A program made the translations under genes and the position numbers. A DNA stretch of 64,000 nucleotides from an uncultured delta proteobacterium (GTDB lineage: Bacteria; Desulfobacterota; Binatia; DP-6). Positions 8,734 to 17,477 of this stretch are shown one piece after another. The notes under the pieces were generated by a model. The model ran no database searches. It had not been told where the DNA came from and saw only the letters and a list, made by a program, of their open reading frames with translations. The stretch spans positions 480,001-544,000 of the forward strand of contig CAWFFN010000009.1 in NCBI GenBank assembly GCA_963815115.1, read 5' to 3'. Every line of letters starts with the position of its first letter. Within the stretch, counting starts at the first letter, position 1.

Positions 8734-10032
8734 ATGCGACGATCGACGTTGATCTCCCTGGCGCTCGCGACGAGCGCTCTCGTTGCCACGGTGACCCCGG
8801 CGGTGGCCAAGCCGCCGCCGGCGTGCGCGCCGGGCCGCTTTCTACTCGACTCGGCCGCGCTGCCCTTCGCGTCGAGCGGCTCCGAGTTCGTGCCGCTGGT
8901 CTTCTCCTCGTCCGCCAATCCGAAAAAGCCCGGCGTGAGCCTCGGAACCTGCGGCGGAGGCAAGACCAGGGTCTACAAGGGGACCAAGGCGGGAACCAAG
9001 CTGCAGCTCTTCTGGCCGAGCTGCGGGGAGAAGAAGAAGGTGCTCGTGGCGGGCTCGATCGGCTCCGATTGCAAGAGCCTGCACGCCACCGTCAAGGCGA
9101 AGAAGACGCCGAAGACGTCCGTGGGCGGCAGCCTGGCGACGGGCTGCGGAGACGGCCTGGTCGACGCGGGCGCCGGCGAGACCTGCGAGGGGACGACGGG
9201 CTGCGGCCCGGGTGAGGAATGCTCCTCGTGTCATTGCCAGCCCGTTCCGACCACGACGACGACCGCCCCCACCGTCACCACGACCACCGGCTCCGGCGAG
9301 ACCACGACCACGACCGCGACCACCACCTCGACGACGTCGACCACGGTGCCGTCGCTCTGCACCAACGGGGTGCGCAACGGAACCGTCGATGGGGTCGAGG
9401 AGTGCGACGACGGCAACGACGTCTCCGATGACGGCTGCACCAACTCCTGCACCAAGTGCGACAACCACACGATCACGCCGCCCGAGGCGTGTGACGACGG
9501 AAATCTCACCTGCGGCGACGGGTGTGACGGCGCCTGCCGCATCGAGGCGTGTGGCAACGGCATCATCGACTGTGGCGAGACGTGCGACGACGGTGACCTC
9601 GACGACGACAACGCCTGTCCTGGGGACTGCGTCATCGACTCCTGCTCGCCCGATACGGCATCGTCCCGTCAGGTGACCGTGAGCTTCACGGCGCCCGCCG
9701 GGAGCTCGGTCGCCGCGCTGGTCGTGCTGCTCGACTACCCCGAGGGCAAGGTGAACATCCTCGGCAGCGGCGCCGCCGCCGCTCCGAGCGTCACGACCGT
9801 GCCTGCCGGCGTCAGCAGCGCCGTCAACGATCTCGATCACAAGGTCCGGGTGGTCGTGACCAAGAGCACGCCCTTCCAGTCGATCGCGGCGGGCGACCTC
9901 TTCCGCGTGGACTTCAAGAACTGCGACGGCGCGCAGAACCCGAACATCGACGAGTTCCCGTGCAAGGTGGTGAGCGCGAGCAGCCCGACGGGTGCCAACG
10001 TGACCGGCGTCACCTGTACCGCCTCGATGTAG
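8734..10032 (+). CDS. Secreted DUF4215 protein with cohesin-like C-terminus
   Basis: ATG 8734 after GGAGG; signal peptide; Thr linker; three ExCDDG repeats; C-terminus closely similar to that of 3666..4931. Confidence 0.88.
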   Translation: MRRSTLISLALATSALVATVTPAVAKPPPACAPGRFLLDSAALPFASSGSEFVPLVFSSSANPKKPGVSLGTCGGGKTRVYKGTKAGTKLQLFWPSCGEKKKVLVAGSIGSDCKSLHATVKAKKTPKTSVGGSLATGCGDGLVDAGAGETCEGTTGCGPGEECSSCHCQPVPTTTTTAPTVTTTTGSGETTTTTATTTSTTSTTVPSLCTNGVRNGTVDGVEECDDGNDVSDDGCTNSCTKCDNHTITPPEACDDGNLTCGDGCDGACRIEACGNGIIDCGETCDDGDLDDDNACPGDCVIDSCSPDTASSRQVTVSFTAPAGSSVAALVVLLDYPEGKVNILGSGAAAAPSVTTVPAGVSSAVNDLDHKVRVVVTKSTPFQSIAAGDLFRVDFKNCDGAQNPNIDEFPCKVVSASSPTGANVTGVTCTASM

Positions 10033-10077
10033 GGGTCGTGCTTCCATGTGGTGCCGCCGACGCGCTATGAGCAGCGC

Positions 10078-11004
10078 ATGCGCATCGGCATAGGCATCGG
10101 GGACATCGCGGGCGCTCCCGCGGACGTCGACGGCCTGGTGGCGCAGGCGCAGCGCGCCGAGGCCGACGGCTTCGCGAGCGGCTGGTTCGCCAACATCTTC
10201 GGCATGGACGCCATCATGGCGGCGGCGGTGTGCGGCCGGGAGACGGCGCGCATCGAGCTCGGGACCGCCGTCGTGCCGACCTACCCGCGCCACCCGGTCG
10301 CCATGGCGCAGGCCGCGCTCTCCGCGCAGGCGGTCGCGCGCGGGCGCTTCACCCTCGGGGTCGGGCTGTCGCACCAGCTCGTCATCGAGCCGATGCTCGG
10401 GCTGTCGTTCGCCAAGCCCTACAGCCACATGAAGGAGTACCTGGCGGTGCTCGGACCGCTCATCCGCGGCGGCAGCGTCCAGTTCTCGGGCGACGAGTTC
10501 CGCGTCGCAGCGAACGTCTCCGTCCCCGGAGGGACGCCCTGTCCCATCCTGGTCGCCGCGCTGGCGCCGCGCATGCTGGCTCTCGCCGGCCGCGAGACCG
10601 AGGGCACCATCACCTGGATGACGGGACCGCGCACGGTCCGCGACCACACGGTGCCGCGCATCGGCGAAGCGGCGGCCAAGGCCGGCCGGCCGGCGCCGCG
10701 CGTCGTCGTCGGCCTGCCGGTCGCGGTCACCGCCGAGGTGGCGGCTGCCCGCGAGTCCGCCGCCCGCGGCTTCCAGGTCTATGGCATGCTGCCTTCCTAT
10801 CGCGCGATGCTGGATCGGGAGGGGGCCGAGGGACCGGCCGACGTGGCCATCGTCGGGGACGAGAGCGCCGTCGGGGAGGCGCTGGAGCGCCTGGCGGAGG
10901 TCGGAGCGACCGACTTCCTGGCGGTTCCCTTCGGTGTCCACGGAGATCCGGGCGCACTCGAGCGCACGCGGTCCGTCCTGGTCCGACTGGCCGGATCTCG
11001 TTGA
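10078..11004 (+). CDS. LLM-class, probably F420-dependent, oxidoreductase (TIGR03564-like)
   Basis: IELGTAVVPTYPRHP, GRFTLGVGLSH and VAALAPRML motifs. Confidence 0.9.
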   Translation: MRIGIGIGDIAGAPADVDGLVAQAQRAEADGFASGWFANIFGMDAIMAAAVCGRETARIELGTAVVPTYPRHPVAMAQAALSAQAVARGRFTLGVGLSHQLVIEPMLGLSFAKPYSHMKEYLAVLGPLIRGGSVQFSGDEFRVAANVSVPGGTPCPILVAALAPRMLALAGRETEGTITWMTGPRTVRDHTVPRIGEAAAKAGRPAPRVVVGLPVAVTAEVAAARESAARGFQVYGMLPSYRAMLDREGAEGPADVAIVGDESAVGEALERLAEVGATDFLAVPFGVHGDPGALERTRSVLVRLAGSR

Positions 11005-11137
11005 GACGGGGAAACCAGGCCGTCCGCTGGGACGGTCAAACGGCCATATAGACCCTCTGGGAGGCGGCACAGCCCGCAGGGATTGGCCAGATTCCCGATT
11101 TTCCGGTAGCCAACTCCACACTGGGGGAACCACGCGC

Positions 11138-13687
11138 ATGCGCCATGTGACCGCTGCAACGCTCTCCACCATCCTGAGCCTCTTCGTCTCGACTGGAGCT
11201 GCCAGGGCCGCCGATACACCCGAGCATCAGGTGCCGCTCGCGTCCAGCAAGCTGACGCTGGCCGGCGGAACCAAGCCGGGGGCCCGGCGCCTCAACTTCA
11301 CGGCGCGCTGGTCGGGCTCGATGAGCCCGATGCCCAACCCGGCCTTTCCCGGGACGACCCTGCGGATCATCGGGGGACCGGGCGAGGGAGACAGCGGCGT
11401 CATCCACTTGAACCAGCTCAACTGGAGGTCGCTGCCCAAGGGGAAGGGGTACCGCTACAGCGACCCCAAGGGCACGGCCGGCGGCATCAAGAGCATCCTC
11501 ATCCGGACGACCAAGGACGGCGGCCGCGTGAAGATCGCCGGCGGCACCGGAAACCTGCGATATCAGGTCACCAAGCCGCAGAGCGTGATCACGATCACCA
11601 TGATCAGCGACACGACGCGCTGGTGCGCACAGCTGAGTAGCCCCAAGACCACCAAGACGAAGGTGCATGGAGTTGCCCAGGCGGCGCTCGCGAGCTGCCC
11701 GTGCGACACCTACGCCAGCACGTGGGAAGCCATCCAGGGAGCGCTCATCGCTCGACACGGCTGCACCAATCAAAACTGCCATGACAGCAGCGGTGCAAAG
11801 TCCTCGGGCGGCCTCGATCTCACGCCCGAGAAAGCCTATGCGGACCTCGTCAACGCCGCGTCATCGTACGGAACGACGCGAGTCCTTCCCTTCGCCCCGA
11901 ACGACAGCCTCCTCTGGCAGAAGCTCGCGGCGTCCACGGAAGGGTTCCAGCTCAACGGCAAGGGATCGCCGATGCCGTCGGGACTGCCGGCCATCTCCGA
12001 GGACGAGCTGACCGCGGTCCGGCTGTGGATCCAGCAGGGCGCGCCCGACACCGGCGTGGTGCCCGATACCCAGGGGCGCCTCGACTCGTGCCTCCCCAAG
12101 CCGGAGCCGCCGGTCGACGAGCCGCTCGCGGCGCCGCCGCCCGATCAGGGCGTGCAGCTCTACGCGCCGCCGTGGACGATCAAGCCGCACAGCGGCACGA
12201 CCAACGGCGAGGACGAGGTCTGCTACTCCACCTACTACAACCTGATCGGCAAGGTCCCGACCGTGCCGTGCAACACCCCCCTGTTCACCGGCCCGACCAA
12301 CCCGACCGGACTGTGCTTCGCCTGGAATCATCAGCTGCTGCGCCAGTCGCCCAACTCGCACCACAGCATCATCCACGTCTACACCGGCGCCTATCCGTCG
12401 AACCATCCGAGCTGGCGCTACGAGTGCAACGGGGGAACGGTGGCGGACGGGACGTTCTGTGACCCGACGGTCCCTGGCGTGGCGGCTCCGGCGGGCGCGG
12501 ACTGCGGCGGCGGCTACTGCCGAGGCAAGCCGATCTCCGGTCCCGCCTGCTTCTCGCTCATCGGCTACGGGCCGCCCGACTACCAGGGCGGTGCCACCGG
12601 CAACGGCGGTCAGACGGCGCCCGCGTTCAGCGGCTCTCAGCAGCCGCGCTTCGAGCGCATCAATCCGTCGGGCGTCTACTCGGAGCTGCCGGTCGAAGGC
12701 ACCATCGTGTGGAACTCCCACGCCTTCAACGTCTTCGACGTGCCGATCCAGAACCAGCAGTGGCTCAACCTGTGGTTCACCAACGACCTGCGCTACCCGC
12801 TGCGCGGCGTGTTCGACGCCGACGACATCTTCATCCAGAACGTGCCCCCGTTCCAGGAGGTCGAGTACTGCCGGACGACGCTGTTCGGGAAGGGCACGCG
12901 CATGGCGGATCTGAGCTCGCACACCCACAAGCGGGGGCGGCTCTTCCGCATCTGGGGTCCGGACAAGCAGGGCGACCCCGGTGTCGCCCAGGCCTGCGAC
13001 AGCACCACGGCCACCCCGGCGGCGTGCCTGCCCGAGCCGACGCCTCCGATCATGACCACGACGACGTACAACGACCCGTCGCAGATCATCTACACGCTGC
13101 CGGATGGGCAGCTCGACCAAGACGATCCGGCGTCGCGGCGGTTCAAGTTCTGCGCCATCTACGACAACGGCTACACCGATCCGGAGGCCGTGAAGCGCAA
13201 CTCGACGTCGCCGAACTCGACGCTGCAGGGCATCGGCATCGGCGGCAAGTGCTGGACGACCGGCGCTCAGGGCCAGCACATCTACTGCATGAACGCCGCC
13301 AAGCGCGGTCAGGAGTGCTTCGGCAACGACCGGCTGTGTGACAGCGCGCCGGGCGCGAACGACGGCGTGTGCGACGCGTGCGCGCTGAAGGGCGGCGTCA
13401 CCACCGAGGACGAGATGTTCATCATGCTCGGCAGCTACTACTGCGATCCGAGCGTGCCGGGCGAGACCTGCACCGGCGTCTGCGCCGGCGGTGTGAACAA
13501 GGGACAGGCCTGCCACGACAGCGACGCCAACTGCCCGACGACGACGTGCGTCACCACGCAGCCCGCGAACTGCAGCAACGGCTCGACCACCGGAGGGTGG
13601 TGTGCCACCGGTCGCAATCGCTGCACCAGCTGCACCACCGACACCGACTGCGGCACGTCCACCTGCCTGCCGTACACGAACAACTGA
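11138..13687 (+). CDS. Secreted protein: c-type cytochrome-like domain plus type II copper monooxygenase (PHM/DBH)-like domain
   Basis: Signal peptide; CTNQNCH...SPMP; SHHSIIH, WNSHAFN, SHTHKRG and EDEMF metal-ligand motifs; Cys-rich inserts. Confidence 0.75.
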   Translation: MRHVTAATLSTILSLFVSTGAARAADTPEHQVPLASSKLTLAGGTKPGARRLNFTARWSGSMSPMPNPAFPGTTLRIIGGPGEGDSGVIHLNQLNWRSLPKGKGYRYSDPKGTAGGIKSILIRTTKDGGRVKIAGGTGNLRYQVTKPQSVITITMISDTTRWCAQLSSPKTTKTKVHGVAQAALASCPCDTYASTWEAIQGALIARHGCTNQNCHDSSGAKSSGGLDLTPEKAYADLVNAASSYGTTRVLPFAPNDSLLWQKLAASTEGFQLNGKGSPMPSGLPAISEDELTAVRLWIQQGAPDTGVVPDTQGRLDSCLPKPEPPVDEPLAAPPPDQGVQLYAPPWTIKPHSGTTNGEDEVCYSTYYNLIGKVPTVPCNTPLFTGPTNPTGLCFAWNHQLLRQSPNSHHSIIHVYTGAYPSNHPSWRYECNGGTVADGTFCDPTVPGVAAPAGADCGGGYCRGKPISGPACFSLIGYGPPDYQGGATGNGGQTAPAFSGSQQPRFERINPSGVYSELPVEGTIVWNSHAFNVFDVPIQNQQWLNLWFTNDLRYPLRGVFDADDIFIQNVPPFQEVEYCRTTLFGKGTRMADLSSHTHKRGRLFRIWGPDKQGDPGVAQACDSTTATPAACLPEPTPPIMTTTTYNDPSQIIYTLPDGQLDQDDPASRRFKFCAIYDNGYTDPEAVKRNSTSPNSTLQGIGIGGKCWTTGAQGQHIYCMNAAKRGQECFGNDRLCDSAPGANDGVCDACALKGGVTTEDEMFIMLGSYYCDPSVPGETCTGVCAGGVNKGQACHDSDANCPTTTCVTTQPANCSNGSTTGGWCATGRNRCTSCTTDTDCGTSTCLPYTNN

Positions 13688-13700
13688 GACCCGGCGCGAT

Positions 13701-13734
13701 CGCGTGAGGGGCGCCCCGGTGCGCTCCTCACGCG
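13701..13734 (+). terminator. Hairpin after the monooxygenase-like gene
   Basis: CGCGTGAGGGGCGC-CCCGGT-GCGCTCCTCACGCG, 14-bp stem with one G-U pair. Confidence 0.55.
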
Positions 13735-13764
13735 CCTCGGCCTCGCCCGATCAGCCGTTCCTGC

Positions 13765-13809
13765 TTGACATGTCGCTCGATTGAATTGTACTGAATGGTC
13801 AGGTCAATT
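13765..13809 (+). promoter_or_regulatory. Promoter region with candidate TetR operator
   Basis: TTGACA at 13765; AT-rich imperfect palindrome AATTGnnCTGAnnnnTCAGnnCAATT (13784-13809) directly abutting the TetR ATG. Confidence 0.65.
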
Positions 13810-14484
13810 ATGACGAGCCGCCCGGCCGCCCGTCCTGCGCAGCGTTCGCGCCCGCGGCGCGGGGCGGCTCGATCGCGCCAGGAGCGTGGCGTCCGCACCG
13901 AGGAGGCCATCCTCAAGGCGACCATGCGGCTGCTCGCCACGCGCGGCATTCACGGCACGTCCCTCGATCTGCTGGCCGAGGAGGTGGGCGTCGCGAAGAG
14001 CTCCATCCTCTGGCACTTCGGGTCGAAGGAAGAGCTGCTGCTGCGGGTCGCGGAGCGCGTCTACGACGAGGTCGCGCGCGGGCCCGCGCAGAAGATCCTC
14101 GCCATCCCGACCTTCGAGGAGCGCGCCGAGGCGAGCTGGCGCTTCTTCTCCGAGACGCTGCGCCAGAACCCGGAGCTCCGTCGCGTCATGCTCTACCTGA
14201 TCTTCGAGAGCGTCGAAGGACGGCCCGAGCTGCGCGCGCGCCTCCAGCAGCTCTATCGCGGAATCCGCGACATGTACGAGACGGGTCTGCGCGGCGTGGT
14301 GCCCGACGAGCACCAGCGCCGCAGGCTGGCGGTCATCTCGGTCGCGTCCCTCGACGGTCTCTTCCTGCAATGGTTGCTGGAGCCCGAGGCGATCGACCTG
14401 GAGGCCATGCACGACGAGCTGCGTGCCCTGCGCGAGGGCGCGCGGCACATGGTCCGCCGCAACAAGGGGAGCACGGAACGATGA
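13810..14484 (+). CDS. TetR/AcrR family transcriptional regulator
   Basis: HTH signature GTSLDLLAEEVGVAKSSILWHFGSKEELL. Confidence 0.93.
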   Translation: MTSRPAARPAQRSRPRRGAARSRQERGVRTEEAILKATMRLLATRGIHGTSLDLLAEEVGVAKSSILWHFGSKEELLLRVAERVYDEVARGPAQKILAIPTFEERAEASWRFFSETLRQNPELRRVMLYLIFESVEGRPELRARLQQLYRGIRDMYETGLRGVVPDEHQRRRLAVISVASLDGLFLQWLLEPEAIDLEAMHDELRALREGARHMVRRNKGSTER

Positions 14485-15134
14485 CCGAGCCCGAGAACGC
14501 CATCGACATCGACCTGGCCGGCTTCCGCGAGGTGGTTCGCCATCCCCGGGCGCACGCCCTGGTCCTGCAGCAATATCGTGTCGGCGAGTATGCCGGCGTG
14601 GTCGGCCTGAAGCGCCTGCTGGGCGAGATGCAGCCCGAGGGCAAGCTGCATCGCGCGATGGAGATCCACCATCGCGACGAGGAGCGGCACTCACGGGTGT
14701 TCACCGACTGGATCTACCGACTCGGCGTGCAACCGGAGCCCATGCCGGTGGAGGTCGAGGCCTACTTTGCGAGCAGCCCCGAGGAGTTTCAGCGCAACCG
14801 CGAGATGCTCACGCAGCTCCCCCCGGACATCCGGCGCATCGTCACGTTCGCCGCCATCAACGCCGTCGAGCGGCTTGCCTACAACCAGTTCGAAGCCCAC
14901 CTGCTCTGTCTCGATCGTCCCGAGGACGTCGACACGCTGGAGAGCGTGATGGCGGAGGAGAAGTTCCATCTGAGCTACGTCGAGGGCGAGCTGGAGCGAG
15001 TGCAGAAGGGCGAGCACGGCGCGTTCGTCACCATCGCGCTCGAGCAGGCGCGCACCCGCTTTGCCGAGTTCCAGGAGATGAAGCGGCGCGAGGGCGGCGC
15101 GGCGCTGGAGAAGATCCTGGGCGGCGGGGCGTGA
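14481..15134 (+). CDS. Ferritin-like (di-iron carboxylate) domain protein
   Basis: E...DEERH and E...EEKFH ligand pattern; ATGA overlap with tetR. Confidence 0.8.
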   Translation: MTEPENAIDIDLAGFREVVRHPRAHALVLQQYRVGEYAGVVGLKRLLGEMQPEGKLHRAMEIHHRDEERHSRVFTDWIYRLGVQPEPMPVEVEAYFASSPEEFQRNREMLTQLPPDIRRIVTFAAINAVERLAYNQFEAHLLCLDRPEDVDTLESVMAEEKFHLSYVEGELERVQKGEHGAFVTIALEQARTRFAEFQEMKRREGGAALEKILGGGA

Positions 15135-15162
15135 GCCGCGATCCGCGTCGGAGGACCACGAC

Positions 15163-16440
15163 ATGAAGTTCGGCATCTTCTACGAGCACCAGATCCCGCG
15201 ACCCTGGGGACGCGAGGGCGAGCACCGCCTGTTCAAGGAGGCCCTCGACCAGGTCGAGCTCGCCGACCGGCTCGGCATCGACTACGCCTGGGAGGTCGAG
15301 CACCACTTCCTGGAGGAGTACTCGCACTCCTCGGCGCCCGAGGTCTTCCTCGCCGCCTGCAGCCAGCGCACCAAACGGATCCGCCTCGGCCACGGCATCA
15401 CCCTCATGCCGCCCGGCTACAATCATCCCGCGCGGGTCGCGGAGCGCATCGCCACCCTCGACCTGGTGAGCGACGGCCGCGTCGACTGGGGCACGGGCGA
15501 GTCCAGCTCGCGCATGGAGATGGAAGGCTACGGCGTCGACTACATGGAGAAGCGCGAGGCCTGGGAAGAGGCGGTCCGCGAGTGCGCGAAGATGATGTGC
15601 ATGGAGCCGTATCCGGGTCACGACGGCAAGTACTTCTCCATGCCGGTGCGGAACGTGGTGCCCAAGCCCGTGCAGTCACCGCATCCGCCGCTCTGGGTGG
15701 CGTGCTCGAATCGCGACACCATCAAGCTCGCCGCGCGCCTCGGCATGGGCGCGCTCACCTTCGCCTTCGTCGATCCGGCCGAGGCGAAGTTCTGGGTGGA
15801 CGAGTACTACGACACGTTCAAGAACGAGTGCACCCCCATCGGCCGCGCCGTGAACCCGACCATCGCCATGGTGACGGGCTTCATGTGCCACGAGGACAGC
15901 GAGCGCGCCGTGGCCCAGGGGCTCGAGGGCTTCAAGTTCTTCGGATTCGCGCTGGCGCACTACTACATCACCGGGACGCACGTGCCGGCGCGCACGAACA
16001 TCTGGGAAGACTTCAAGCAGGCGCCGCCGTTCCCGCCGCTGCCGTACGGCGGCATCGGCAATCCCGACGAGGTGCGCGCCACGATGCGGACGTTCGAGGA
16101 CGTCGGCGTGGACCAGGTGGTCTTCATCCAGCAGGGCGGCAACAACCGCCACGCGGACATCTGCTCCTCGCTCGAGCTGTTCGCGGACCGGGTCATGCCC
16201 GAGTTCAAGGAGCGACACGACGCCCGCGCCCGCCGCAAGGCCGAGGAGCTGGCGCCCTACGTCGAGAAGGCGATGGCGCGCATCCCCGTGCTCTCTCCGG
16301 CGAAGGACGAGCCCATCGAATCGTATCCCGTGCTGATGTCGCGGCTCGGCGTCGACATGACGCAGCTTCCGCAGCGCCGCCGGATGGGACCGGCACTGGA
16401 CCAGATCGAGCGCGCCGCCACCGGCACCTCGTCCAGCTAG
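15163..16440 (+). CDS. LLM-class flavin-dependent oxidoreductase
   Basis: MKFGIFYEHQ, WEVEHHFLEEYSHSSAPE, RVAERIATLDLVSDGR and VVPKPVQSPHPPLW motifs. Confidence 0.93.
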   Translation: MKFGIFYEHQIPRPWGREGEHRLFKEALDQVELADRLGIDYAWEVEHHFLEEYSHSSAPEVFLAACSQRTKRIRLGHGITLMPPGYNHPARVAERIATLDLVSDGRVDWGTGESSSRMEMEGYGVDYMEKREAWEEAVRECAKMMCMEPYPGHDGKYFSMPVRNVVPKPVQSPHPPLWVACSNRDTIKLAARLGMGALTFAFVDPAEAKFWVDEYYDTFKNECTPIGRAVNPTIAMVTGFMCHEDSERAVAQGLEGFKFFGFALAHYYITGTHVPARTNIWEDFKQAPPFPPLPYGGIGNPDEVRATMRTFEDVGVDQVVFIQQGGNNRHADICSSLELFADRVMPEFKERHDARARRKAEELAPYVEKAMARIPVLSPAKDEPIESYPVLMSRLGVDMTQLPQRRRMGPALDQIERAATGTSSS

Positions 16441-16463
16441 CGTCCTCCGACTTCACCTGAACG

Positions 16464-16498
16464 CCCCGGCCGCGTGGACCCCTCGCCCGCGGCCGGGG
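16464..16498 (+). terminator. Intergenic hairpin
   Basis: CCCCGGCCGCG ... CGCGGCCGGGG, 11-bp stem. Confidence 0.45.
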
Positions 16499-16586
16499 TT
16501 CCCTGCGCTGCTGGCGCCGGAGCCGGCGCCCGCAGGTCGCGACGCGCGCCTTGACTGCGGCGATGCCGGCTCGCTAGCTCCTCCCG

Positions 16587-17477
16587 ATGGCGATCGCTCC
16601 CCGCTTCGGCACGAGCCTTCCCGGCATCCAGCAGATCCCGTCGCGCGTCCGGCCCTGGGAACGCGAGGTCGGCGGCGACGAGATCCTGGCCGCGGCCCGC
16701 GCGGCCGAGGCCGCGGGCTTCGAGTGGGTGTCGTGCAGCGATCATCCGATGGTGCCGGTGTCGCGCGCCGAGGCGATGGGTCCGACCTGGTACGACGCGG
16801 GGAGCACGCTCGCCTTCGTCGCCGGTGCAACCTCGCGCATCCGGCTGCTGTCGCACGTCCTCGTGCTGCCGTACCGCCATCCCCTGCTGGTGGCCAAGCA
16901 ATACGGCACGCTCGACCACCTCTCCGGCGGCCGCGTGATCCTCGGCGTCGGCAGCGGGCATCTGAAGCCCGAGTTCAAGACGCTGGGCGCCGACTTCGAG
17001 CGCCGCGGCCGCATCAGCGACGAGTACCTGCGCGCCATCGCCGCCGCCTGGGAGCAGGACGTCGCCCGCTTCGACGGGGACACCGTCTCCTTCCGCGACG
17101 TCATGGTGTCGCCGCGCGTCGCCCAGCGGCCGCGCCCGCCGTTCTGGGTCGGCGGCAACTCGCCGGCGGCACTGCGGCGCGCCGCCCGACTGGGCGAGGG
17201 CTGGGTCCCGTGGCAGCTGGGACCCGAGGAGTTCGCCGGCCTCGCCGAGCGCGCGCGCCGCCTGCGCGAGGAGAGCGGCCGCTCGGGTCCGTTCGAGCTC
17301 GTCGCGCCGCTCTCCGTGCAGTCGCAGGCGACGGCCGAGGCGGTCGTCGCCGAAGCCGCCCGCTGGCGGGAGGCGGGTGCCACGGCGTTCCACGTCGGTG
17401 TCGGCGCGGACACCTTTGCCGATTACCTCCGCCGCGTCGCGTGGTTCGGCGCGGAGGTCGCGTCGCGCATCGCATGA
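16587..17477 (+). CDS. LLM-class F420-dependent oxidoreductase (TIGR03619/Rv2161c-like)
   Basis: SDH, VLVLPYRHPLLVAKQYGTLDHLSGGRVILGVGSG and WVGGNS motifs. Confidence 0.9.
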   Translation: MAIAPRFGTSLPGIQQIPSRVRPWEREVGGDEILAAARAAEAAGFEWVSCSDHPMVPVSRAEAMGPTWYDAGSTLAFVAGATSRIRLLSHVLVLPYRHPLLVAKQYGTLDHLSGGRVILGVGSGHLKPEFKTLGADFERRGRISDEYLRAIAAAWEQDVARFDGDTVSFRDVMVSPRVAQRPRPPFWVGGNSPAALRRAARLGEGWVPWQLGPEEFAGLAERARRLREESGRSGPFELVAPLSVQSQATAEAVVAEAARWREAGATAFHVGVGADTFADYLRRVAWFGAEVASRIA

